Shown one piece after another: positions 30,752-40,686 of a DNA stretch of 64,000 bases (within the stretch, counting starts at the first letter, position 1; the number at the start of each line of letters is the position of its first letter). The DNA lies in the NCBI GenBank assembly GCA_963765765.1, contig CAVXYC010000015.1, forward strand, positions 544,001-608,000, read 5' to 3'. The notes beneath the pieces were generated by a model. The model was given only the letters and a program-made list of their open reading frames with translations, was not told where the DNA came from and made no database searches. This DNA is from an uncultured Chloroflexia bacterium. Lineage in GTDB: Bacteria > Chloroflexota > UBA6077 > JACCZL01. The position numbers were made by a program, and so were the translations under genes.

Positions 30752-31258
30752 ATGGTCCTTCGCATCGTCGGGGCTGGTCTTGTCGGACTCAGCGTCCTCA
30801 TTCTGGCGGCCGACTGGGCAGCACGGGCTCTGGCCCGAGAGCTGCCGGCTCCCGCCGGTGCCTGCAGCATCAAAGAGATGGCCTATCTCACGGAGGGGGG
30901 AGAACAAGATTGGTCGCACGCCAATGATCTGCTCGTGTATGACAGGATGGACGCCGCCGGCGTCTACCAGCTCTACACGATTCAGCCGGATGGCTCCGAG
31001 GAGACGTGCCTCACCTGCGATATACCCGTCGGCTGGCACCGGCTAAATCCGGGCGTAATGGACCGGTTGTTTGCAGCCAACCGAATCGGCTGGGGCCACA
31101 CGGACTCGACTCGCTCGAATGTCTTATCGAAAGCGGGAAGGAGCAATGATTACGCGACGCAGAGGGCCCGGGAGCGCCAGGCCGACAGGCTTGCGGCGTT
31201 TGCCTTGCCCTCATGCCTGAACATTGCGTCTCCTCGGCACAAAAGCGACGACCAGTAG
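30752..31258 (+). pseudogene. Truncated paralog of the TolB-like protein
   Basis: Signal peptide then DWS..LLVYDRMDAAGVYQLYTIQPDGSEETCLTC, parallel to GVYQLRIMGADGSNDRCLSC; similarity lost after about 31030. Confidence 0.6.
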
Positions 31259-31422
31259 CCCGGCTTCAGACGTCTCGATGCCCCAGGGACCTAGCTTGGC
31301 TGCAGCAACCATGCTTCGGTGAGTCGACGGGAGACCATGCAGGCACATGTGCTTGAGTGAAGCGGGCGCCTGACTTCTTCACCGGAATCCGTCCAACTGA
31401 CAGCAGACCCTCACCGCCACCG

Positions 31423-32704
31423 TCAAAGCCTGGTCGCCACAACGTAGCGCTCGAAGGCCTCAACGGCCTGCCCGACGCCGTCCTCGGCCCGGATCCGTTC
31501 ACCCAGTGTGGCGGCCCGCCGACGCATTTGGTCATCGCCCGTTGCTTCCCGGATCGCCGCTGCCAGCCGTTCCGCAGTCAGCCTCTTGCGAGGGACGGGG
31601 CGCGGTCCGACACCGAGCTCGCTGATTCGCCGCGCCCAGAACAGTTGATCCCCGTAGTAGGGAACGACAACAGCCGGCAGACCCGCACGCAGGCCGACCG
31701 CGGTCGTGCCCGCCCCCCGTGGTGCACCAGGGCTGTCGTCCGCGGAACGAGCCAGCTGAGGGAACCTCGTCAACGGCGAAGACCGACTCGGGCAGCCTAT
31801 CAGACCCGTCCAGGCCACCCCAACCCGTCACCAACACCCCGCGCTGCCCGGCTGAAGCGAGAGCTTCCACTACCAGCCTGGTCGTCCGTGCCGGATCCCG
31901 ATCATTGACACTCCCGAAGCCAACGTAAACCGGCGGCGGGCCGTCCGCCAAGAACTCGGCCAACCCCACCGGGGGCTGCCAGTCGGGCGGATCATCCAGC
32001 AGCCAGTTGCCGGTCACATGGATCCGGTCCGGCCAGTCAGGCGGCTTCGGGGAGACGGCGGGACTAAAGCCGTACAGCAAGAGGCCACGCCTCCTATCCA
32101 GCTCCCTCAACGGATGTCGCCACGGTAGCGGTGGCAGATGGAGGACCTCACGCCGCGTGGTGTTGACCAGTGGGCGAAAGAGAAGCCATATGAACTGTCG
32201 GTAGACCATGTGGGTTAGCAAGTTGAAGTGGCCCCCCAGGCGCTCCCCGAGCGGCGTCAGGGACGTGTCGGCCGGGTAGTAGCGTGTCGGCGTCACCGGA
32301 GAAAGGAAAGCTCGGACCAGTGGCACACGCAGCCTTTCGGCGATGTGATAGCCGAGGAAGCTCCCGAGGACACCGGCGACGATGACATCGGCGTTCTGGC
32401 ATGCAACCCAACAATCGCTCGCGAGGTGGCGCGCGATAGGTGCCACCGTGCGGTGAAGCCCCCTCGCCCAGCGCAGAATGTCTCCACCGTCATCTACCCA
32501 ATCACGTGCCGCCTCGGTCCTCGAAATCTCAACGGGATCGGCTACGATCGGGAAGAAGTCCAGCTTTCGCTCGTTCACGAACGTCTTGAACATGGCGTGC
32601 GTTGCGATGCGTACGTCATGACCGGCTGCCTGCAAGCCCCGGCCCAGAGCGACATATGGCTCCACGTCGCCGCGTGAGCCCAGGGTCAGGATGGTCATGC
32701 GCAC
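31423..32704 (-). CDS. GT1 sterol-3-beta-glucosyltransferase-like glycosyltransferase (frameshifts near 31710-31760)
   Basis: GSRGDVEPY, P.DWP, PPVYVGFGS, GAGTTA.GLRAGLP.VVVPYYGDQ.FW. Confidence 0.88.
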
Positions 32705-33579
32705 TACTGTTCGACTTTTTGCAGGACGAACCGCAGGTACTGCAATGCCCCCGACCCGAACATCTCGAACGCTTTGCTGCCCTTGACGCCCGCGAACTCT
32801 CGGTATGATGGGCGCAGAGCCCTGGGAAGCCTCTGAATATTCGCCAGCCGGCGCCCGGTGTCGAGCTCGAGCGCGCGGAGTACGTTGGGGGTGATCCATT
32901 CTTCCTGGAGTATGACCAAGCCTGATCGCTCGAACTGCTGCCGTAAAGCATCTACTTGGTCCGTTGAGCGTAGATCTGCGAAAAGGAAATGTCCTTCTGG
33001 GCGCAGCACTCTTGCCACTTCACTGAGGAATTGCTCCATACGTGGATAACTATGCGATGACTCAATATTGATTACCGCATCAAATGAGTCACCTGCAAAT
33101 TGCAGATCTTCTGCGTCTCCTTTGGTGAATGATAACCCTTCAATACGATAATGATTTCTGCAAAACTCAATCGCTTTGTCAGAGAGATCAATTCCAATTA
33201 AAGTATGAGGATGAAAATATTCTGCTACAAATGCAGCACCACCACCTCTTCCACAGCCAATCTCTAGTACATTCTTATCGAGAATAGTGACACCATTGAT
33301 CACACGTCTGTAAAGTTGCACGCCATATGTGCTATTGTTGTATTGGTTACGAATTTCTTCATCAACATACGGAATTCCTGCGTTGGCATATCCATAATTC
33401 ATGAATGTTACCCTGGCCGTCTTGTCTCTCGCACTGACCGATTCGTATAGCCTTCGGATAAGCTCCTTCTGGAATCGGGTCCGTATTGGATCAATCCGCG
33501 AAATTGTGTCAAGTGCAAGAGAGAACATCAGTCCCGGAAAGTACCGAATCAGATACCGCAATCTCTTAGACATATACAT
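32704..33579 (-). CDS. Class I SAM-dependent O-methyltransferase (Rv2952 / fatty-acid O-methyltransferase-like)
   Basis: FMNYGY, VLEIGCGRGGG, GDAEDL.F, NIESSHSYP, VLRPEG; stop overlaps the GT start (TAGTG). Confidence 0.85.
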   Translation of the reverse strand: MYMSKRLRYLIRYFPGLMFSLALDTISRIDPIRTRFQKELIRRLYESVSARDKTARVTFMNYGYANAGIPYVDEEIRNQYNNSTYGVQLYRRVINGVTILDKNVLEIGCGRGGGAAFVAEYFHPHTLIGIDLSDKAIEFCRNHYRIEGLSFTKGDAEDLQFAGDSFDAVINIESSHSYPRMEQFLSEVARVLRPEGHFLFADLRSTDQVDALRQQFERSGLVILQEEWITPNVLRALELDTGRRLANIQRLPRALRPSYREFAGVKGSKAFEMFGSGALQYLRFVLQKVEQ

Positions 33580-33744
33580 TTCCGCCCCTCTTGAGAAACA
33601 TCAGTTGTCTGGGCGCCGTAATGCCCGATCAGAACACCTCAAGCATCTCCACAGCGTCGCTATGCTGACCATCGCGCAAGCGGCATATGATTGCGGCGGC
33701 TGCTTCCGCCGCAGCCATGGCACCCTCCCGCCCGGCCGGGATAG

Positions 33745-33957
33745 TCATCTGATCCGTGAGGAAAGGGGGAGCCTAACCACCGGGAAGCGAAGCTGCGTGT
33801 ACTTGGCGGCTGCCCAGTGTACCATCCCCTCCGCCGCGCACTTAGCAGTGACGTAGTGCGGCCAAATTGCGGTGGGAGAATTTACTGCGCTCGACGATAT
33901 CAAGACGATCCAGCCGAGCCGGTCTGATAGCGATTCGAGGAAGGCGGCCATCGACAC
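33745..33957 (-). pseudogene. SDR C-terminal fragment
   Basis: IVLISSSA...WPHYVTAKCAAEG (YxxxK) with no N-terminal Rossmann part. Confidence 0.5.
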
Positions 33958-34389
33958 GCCGACCAGCGCCAGGCTCGTACTGGCAAACGCCTGCCCGCCG
34001 GGAAGGGCAGCTTTCGGCGTTCCCTTTCACGAATGACAGACCCTATGGCGAGCGGCCGTGATGGCAAGGAGATAGGCCACACGGAGGAGTCGCTCGATTG
34101 CGGGAAGACTGCGGGACATCGTCACTGCTTCTCAATGTCCACCGTCTCTTTTCGCCGGGCCAGAGGTCGCTGTGGGAGCGGGTTTATCGCCGTGGTCGCA
34201 GCCTCCATCCCTCGGATCCCCTCCAACCATCTTACCGACCGCGGTTGGGGTCTCTCTGTCAGGGGCGGGCACACTGTGGGACGTCATCCAGCCCTAACGA
34301 CACCCATTTGAGCGGTGCGCAGCCCAGGTGGGTAGACGTGCTCAGCCAGACGTGCACGCGTAACTATGGCTCGATGACCATGCCTGGGG

Positions 34390-35334
34390 TCACGACTTAG
34401 CTTCTCGTCGATGCCCCGTTGGCATTATGAACCGATCGACAAGCCGCTCGGGAATCGGCCCAGCTCGAAGAAGGTCGGCGAGCCTTGCGCCTCGCCCGAC
34501 GAGGTACCGTGCCTTCGGCTTCCTGGCCGTAAGCGCGTGCTCGACCGCGACGGCGATGACATCGGCCGGAACTCGGATGGTGCTCGACTTCTCCTGAGAC
34601 TGTCGATTGTGGGCAGCAGCTGACTGATACAACTCCTGTGCGTCCCGCGGGAGCTGGCTGAGGATCCGGTCGAGCCCGCTGCTCGCCTTATCCCAAATGG
34701 GAGTCGCGACTAATCCGGGCATTACAATGGAGACCTCGATGCGCCAGGGCCGTAATTCTGAGCGCAGCACCGCCGTGAGGGTCCGCAGGGCGCTCTTCGA
34801 GGCAGAGTAGGGACCACTCAGCGGGACACCCAAACCTCCGATTGCTGATCCTATCATCACGACCCGGCCGCGCCCCTGGCGGAGGAGCGGCAGGAACGCC
34901 TGCGTCACCGCGATCTGCCCGATCACGTTCACCTCGAATTGCTCCCGGAGCGCCTCGAGAGGGAGGAACTCGAGCGGCCCTAGGACGGAGATCCCGGCGT
35001 TGTTGACCAGACCTACCAACCCGACCTCGCCGACTTCGGCGGTAATCGCATCGGCCGCCTTCGCGATCGATGTCGAGTGGGTGACGTCCAGGTCGACGAC
35101 GCGCAGCCGCTCGGACGCCTCATCCCGCAGGCGACGGTCGTCCTCGCCCGGCAGCACGCCCGCGAAGACCCGGAAGCCGTGCCGGTCGAGCCGCCGCGCG
35201 CACGCCAGGCCGATGCCGCTCGATGCGCCGGTAACCACCACGCCGCCCCGCTCAGCACGTCGGGCCGTCAAATCGCCGTCGCATGGTGTGCACTGGTCGA
35301 TCGGTTGCTTCCCACCACGAGATGGTAATTGCAC
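34390..35334 (-). CDS. Short-chain dehydrogenase/reductase
   Basis: TGASSGIG, NNAG, YSASK, PG.VATPIW. Confidence 0.9.
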   Translation of the reverse strand: MQLPSRGGKQPIDQCTPCDGDLTARRAERGGVVVTGASSGIGLACARRLDRHGFRVFAGVLPGEDDRRLRDEASERLRVVDLDVTHSTSIAKAADAITAEVGEVGLVGLVNNAGISVLGPLEFLPLEALREQFEVNVIGQIAVTQAFLPLLRQGRGRVVMIGSAIGGLGVPLSGPYSASKSALRTLTAVLRSELRPWRIEVSIVMPGLVATPIWDKASSGLDRILSQLPRDAQELYQSAAAHNRQSQEKSSTIRVPADVIAVAVEHALTARKPKARYLVGRGARLADLLRAGPIPERLVDRFIMPTGHRREAKS

Positions 35335-36415
35335 CGCTCCGACTCAGACAATGGAACCCGTGCAAGTGATCGATAACCGAGGCGAGAATGGATATGCATC
35401 ACACGGAGCCCTCGGCACATGAGGTGTCTGGCGTTGGCTGCGCTGGATGTCACCACGGAGACATCACAGGTGCACCGCATGTCGAGTGAGGTACGAATCC
35501 GGTAGCCATCGAGGTCGGTGGATGTTCAAGTCAGGTCTTCTACTTTTCCTCGGGCTGCGTCATACCCTGACCTACGCAGTGCTTGTGCAGCCATCCAATC
35601 AAGCGCTCCGTCTGGCAGAGGTATCCGTCTGCCGAATTCGCTGACCCTTGCGCCCAGCCCGAGGACGTAATGGGACTTCGGTGTGCTGGCTGCAAGCGCG
35701 TGCTCCACTGCAGTGGCGACGCCCTCCGGGGACAGAGGCAGGCTGCGTTTCGAATGCGAGGCTACTCCGGTGAAGGCGCGATCCAGTCGATACATCTCGC
35801 GAGCTTCAGAGTGCAACTGGCGAGCCATGTCATCCAGTCGACGGAAGCCCTTCTCCCAGATTGATGTCGTGACTTCACCTGGGATGACAATCGAGACCCG
35901 AATGCCCCAGGGATGTAGCTCCGCGCGCAGCACCGCCGTGAGGGTCCGCAGGGCGCTCTTGGAGGCGGCATACGGGCCGGTAAGGGGGATCGGTAGCCAA
36001 CCGGTCTGCTGATCCTATCATCACGACCCGGCCGCGCCCCTGGCGGAGGAGCGGCAGGAACGCCTGCGTCACCGCGATCTGCCCGATCACGTTCACCTCG
36101 AATTGCTCCCGGAGCGCCTCGACAGGGAGGAACTCGAGCGGCCCTAGGACGGAGATCCCGGCGTTGTTGACCAGACCCACCAACCCGACCTCGCCGACTT
36201 CGGCGGTAATCGCATCGGCCGCCTTCGCGATCGATGTCGAGTCGGTGACGTCCAGGTCGACGACGCGCAGCCGCTCGGACGCCTCATCCCGCAGGCGGCG
36301 GTCGTCCTCGCCCGGCAGCACGCCCGCGAAGACCCGGAAGCCGTGCCGGTCGAGCCGCCGCGCGCACGCCAGGCCGATGCCGCTCGATGCGCCGGTAACC
36401 ACCACGCCGCCCCGC
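34843..36415. repeat. Near-identical ~409-bp direct repeat (34843-35251 and 36007-36415)
   Basis: Constant offset of 1164; four mismatches seen by eye. Confidence 0.9.
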
Positions 36416-36432
36416 CGAGGCTGTCCGTCCAT
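35526..36432 (-). CDS. Short-chain dehydrogenase/reductase paralog (frameshift near 36005)
   Basis: TGASSGIG, NNAG, YAASK after the shift; AGGAG before ATG at 36432. Confidence 0.85.
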
Positions 36433-36649
36433 CACCCGACTCTCCTGCGCCCCTGATGAGTTGAGACCTGGGCGCTTGCCGATGATACGGCCCATGGCCA
36501 AGTCAGTCCCAGGCTGGGGCACCCGCGGGCCGCCTGTTACCCGCAACAGGACCTGTGCTACGCTCTCGCCGCACCTGCCGGACCCATCTCAGCATACCGT
36601 CGAGTCGCTGCCACACCGTCGCGCACTGAGAGTCGGGGACCCTAGCTGG

Positions 36650-37667
36650 ATGCTGCCGATGCTCACTGGAAACAACACGCCCCGCCCCAGCTCAAGTCGC
36701 CGACCGGTCAGTGTGGGTCTGGTGCTGCCACTCGTCGAGGGGCAGCGGGCCGGGTCGACGGCGCGCTGGTCGGACCTTCGCGCGATGGCAGTGCGAGCCG
36801 AAGAGGTCGGCTTCGACTCGATCTGGGTCGTCGACCACCTGCTTTTCCGCTTCAACCTTCGCTTTGGCCGCGAGGTGCGGCTCGGGGCCTGGGAGTGCTG
36901 GAGCCTGCTCTCCGCGCTCGCGGCCGCGACGCAGCGCGTTCAGCTCGGCACCATTGTGGCCTGCACCGCGTTTCGCAACCCCGCCATGCTGGCTAAAATG
37001 GCCGACACCGTGGACGAGATCAGCGGCGGGCGCCTGATCCTGGGACTCGGGGCCGGTTGGCACGAGCCCGAGTTCGACGCCTTCGGCTATCCCTTCGACC
37101 ACCGGGTGGGCCGATTCGAGGAGGCGTTGACGATCATCGCGACCCTCCTGCGCGAGGGGGCGATCGATTTCCGTGGGAAGTACTACCAGGCTCGCGACTG
37201 CGAGCTTCGCCCGCGCGGGCCGCGGCGGACCGGGCCGCCGCTGATGATCGGCGCCTCGGGCGAGCGGATGCTGAGCCTGACCGCCCGATTCGCCGATCTC
37301 TGGAACGCATGGCTGATCTTCGGGCGCAGCCATCCCGACGAGATCCCGCAATTCCGAGCCAAGGTGGACGCGGCGTGCCAGCAGATCGGGCGCGATCCGG
37401 CGTCGCTCGGGCGCACTGTGGCGGTGCGGGTCGCCCCGGGCGGCTCATCCGGGCAGCTGCGCGCCAGCCTGCTGCAACTCGGGGCGCGGCTGGCGGGTCT
37501 CAAGGCTCGAGGCAGTGCCGCTGACCGGGTCACCAGCGGCCCTGGCGGAGGCGCTGCTCGCCTTCGCCGCCGAGGGCATCTCGCACGTCCAGGTCGAGCT
37601 CCAGTCGAACTCTCTGGCCGAGGTCGAGGCTTTCGCCAGCGTGCTCCAGGCGCTCGATCGGCGATAG
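36650..37667 (+). CDS. LLM-class (luciferase-like) flavin-dependent oxidoreductase (frameshift near 37510)
   Basis: GFDSIWVVDH, LAAATQRVQLGT, RNPAMLAKMA.TVD.ISGGRL.LGLGAGW. Confidence 0.9.
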
Positions 37668-38369
37668 CCGGCTGAGGTGGGTCCCACGCCGTCCACACCG
37701 CTTCTCTGGCTGGTTCGGCCCGTGGTGCGATCGAGGAATTGAAGTATATCAAGGCAACTACATCACGGTGGGCGCAGCCCACCAGCTTCTCAAGAATTCA
37801 AAGACCGCGCCACGCGGCCGACCCACCAACTGGTGCGACCACCAGAGACCACACCGCTCTCGATATGTCTCATCAACAGGTGCGATACAAGAAAATCGCC
37901 TGTCACGACGAATATATCGACCATGGGATTGTCTCAGATAGTAGGTCCATGGGGCGATCGCCGGCGACCTACATATAACCCAGTCGCCGGCCGAAACAAG
38001 CTACTTAGTGTCCACACGCTGTGGAAATGAATCATCCAGAGCGCGGAGATTGCCCGGGCCCGCCGACAGCCTTGAGGGTTGACGGCGGCCTGGACAAGCA
38101 AAAACCCTCTGCCAAACGGGGACGCCTTTAACATGCCGTGGAGAGCAGATCTGTGAGTCAGATGATCTACCGAATCTATGATTACTACGAGTCCGCTACG
38201 ACGTTTCTGACCTCTGCGGATAGGTCGAGACGGTATCACGGTCCGCGTCGTTATTGGGACGACGAGCACCTATAGCACGCGGGTACGCGGATCGGCACTC
38301 CATGGTAGAGCGCCTCCGGATCACCGAGAGCACGGCCCTAAGGCCTCGAGGCTCCGCGAGACACCGACC

Positions 38370-38934
38370 TCATCGCTGACCGGCAGGAACACCCTCGGCC
38401 CGCAAGCGCTGCAGGTAACCGCGCTGCCACCATGCGAACCAGGCCAGGCCGAGCAGCGGCGACAGCCCGATGAGATACCCAAGCCAGACGGGCGGTATCG
38501 CGCCCGGGGCCGCAACCGTGATCGGCACCTGTGTCGTCCCGCTGCCGAGCACCCCGCCACATCGTATCTCCAATCCCCAGGCGCCTCGTGTCCCGAGCGT
38601 TAGTTCGCCGGCGTAGGAGGCACGGTCGTGGGGCTCGGGCTCCAGGTCGACTGGGTGCGTCGGTGCCGCGTCGGTCTCTAGAGCTGGACGACCCGCCAAC
38701 GTAACCACGGCGCCACGGAGCGAGGAGCCACCGGGTAAGGCCCGAACTATGACCTCAAATGCCTGCCCCATACGAGGCAGATCGGGATAGACTTGGATCT
38801 ACAGTTCATATGGGCCGGCTCTCACCTGCTCAATTCGACCATCCACTGTCGTGCGCCGCAACCGGCACGGCTGCTGCCAGCGTGCTCAGCCCCAACAGGG
38901 ACAGCATCAGACCGCGCCTCAGCGTCTGTTCCAT
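38370..38934 (-). CDS. Exported protein with predicted N-terminal His, beta-sandwich (YtkA/FixH-like) body and C-terminal TM anchor (frameshift plus TAG)
   Basis: GGAGG plus ATG 38934; signal peptide ..AVPVAA/HDSG; AGPYEL..P; YAGELTL..GAW; IPPVWLGYLIGLSPLLGLAWFAWW. Confidence 0.6.
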
Positions 38935-40085
38935 CGCAGTACCTCCGCGAGTCCACTGCCAACCATGACGCTTACAATGCCCGCCGCAACCGTTACTGGC
39001 AGCGTTGGGACGGCAGCCGACGTCCACCCCAAGAGCGCGATCCCGAGAGCCCAGAGCAAGAGTCCAATGCTCGCGCCGCTCAGCACCAGCAACCGGCCGG
39101 GATTGTGAGCCTTCCCGCGATCGTCGGGTTGAAAGATCCAGAAGGAGTGCAGCCGCAAACAGACCGAGGTCGCGCCAGACGGGACCCAGATTGAACCCCG
39201 GCTCCGCTCCCGCCGCCAGCGCAAACTCGCGGAAGCTCAGACCTTCCACACCGCCCACATCCGAACTAGCCACGGCACCAGTAGCTGTAGCAGGATGTCT
39301 TGAAGCAGCACGATCCCCGCAACCAAGCTCGCGGCACCGGCAACGCGGACCACGCGGATCGCCGCCACGAACAGCCACGGGATGAGCAAAGCAACCAGCG
39401 GCGGGTACGTCATGAAGCGCAGCGGCCCGAAGTCCGCGATCGGATGAAACAACGCCCCCGAGCAACACTACGCCGACGAGCAATTGGCCAATCAAGGCCG
39501 ACATCGCAATCAACGTAGCCCACGCATCAGGGCTCAGACGCTCTGCGAGACCTCGGGGATCGAGAGTCTCTACCCGCAATGCCGCCCAGAAATAGATGAT
39601 ACCGAGTAGCGCAATCACCCCGCCAAGATCCAGCATTACATGAAAGGGCGCCCAAGCATCCGCATCAATTCCATACTGCTCGTGCCACCAGTTGTCGAGC
39701 GGGGCAGCGAACAACGCTGTCAGACAACCGACGCCGCCCAGCACGATGCCAAGGGGGACATGGAAGACTCCGAAGACGCACATCGAGTTGCCGTCGTGCA
39801 CCCCCAGGCCCCTTCGAGTAACGCACTGTTTCCAGCAGGGCCGTCGCGAGGCAGACCACGCCAGCGAGACCCGCCGCCAAGAAAATCACGACATGCGGGG
39901 CCTGGAAGAGCCCTTCGCGGCCAACCCAAATGTGCCATTGATTGTCCCAGAGCATCCCGACCGTCGCTTGCGTAGCGAGATAGATGAGCATCCAGCCTAC
40001 TACTCGCCGAAGCCGCACCTCGCTGTCTACCGTCGCGGACCGGCGCTTGGAAGGCGACTGTCGGTCCGCCCTCGAGATAGGCCAT
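38919..40085 (-). CDS. Polytopic membrane protein with two PmoC/AmoC-like D-x3-H-xn-H motifs (frameshifted)
   Basis: GGAGG plus ATG 40085; WDNQWHIWVGREGLFQAPH and LDNWWHEQYGIDADAWAPFH; multiple TM segments across ORFs 39665-40018, 38830-39801, 39237-39452, 38919-39224. Confidence 0.7.
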
Positions 40086-40257
40086 AGTGCCTCCGTTTTT
40101 ATTGTCCACCAGGAACCCGATCGGCCTAGTTTACTCTGCCGGCTCCATGATTAGCTCAACACGAGCCGTGCGTCGAGCTACTCCGAAAACACCGACGCTC
40201 TGAACACCTCGCACCCTACCAGAAGAGCCTTCAAGGAGAGCGGTCCGCGTCGGTGGG

Positions 40258-40552
40258 GCGTGCCAGCAAATCGGGCGCGACCCGCGTCACTCGGGCGCAC
40301 CGTGGCGGTGCGGGTCGCCCCGGGCGGCTCATCCGGGCAGCTGCGCGCCAGCCTGCTGCAACTCGGGGCGCGCCTGGCGGTCTCAAGGCCGAGGCAGTGC
40401 CGCTGACCGGGTCACCAGCGGCCCTGGCGGAGGCGCTGCTGGCCTTCGCCGCCGAGGGCATCTCGCATGTCCAGGTCGAGCTCCAGTCAAACTCGCTTGC
40501 CGAGGTCGAGGCTTTCGCAAGCGTGCTCCAGGCGCTCGATCGGCGGTAGCCG
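40258..40552 (+). pseudogene. Duplicated 3' end of the LLM gene (diverged copy of 37373-37670)
   Basis: Close DNA match ending in ..EGISHVQVELQSNSLAEVEAFASVLQALDRR*; no 5' part. Confidence 0.85.
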
Positions 40553-40686
40553 AGTCAGGCTGGGTCCGGTGCCGGGTCCGCTCGTGCTTTTCGGGCTGGT
40601 ACACCACGGGCGCGCCCGTTATGATGTGCGCCGAACTTGCGCGCCGCCAAGGATCGATTCGGAGCACGCGCGAGGAGGTGAGATCC

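Noticed and set aside
36164-36649. N-terminal extension of the 503-aa LLM ORF
   Set aside because: Largely antisense to the SDR; LLM similarity starts near 36700
38919-40085. Bona fide pmo/amo operon
   Set aside because: No pmoA/amoA or full-length pmoB; only motif-level resemblance
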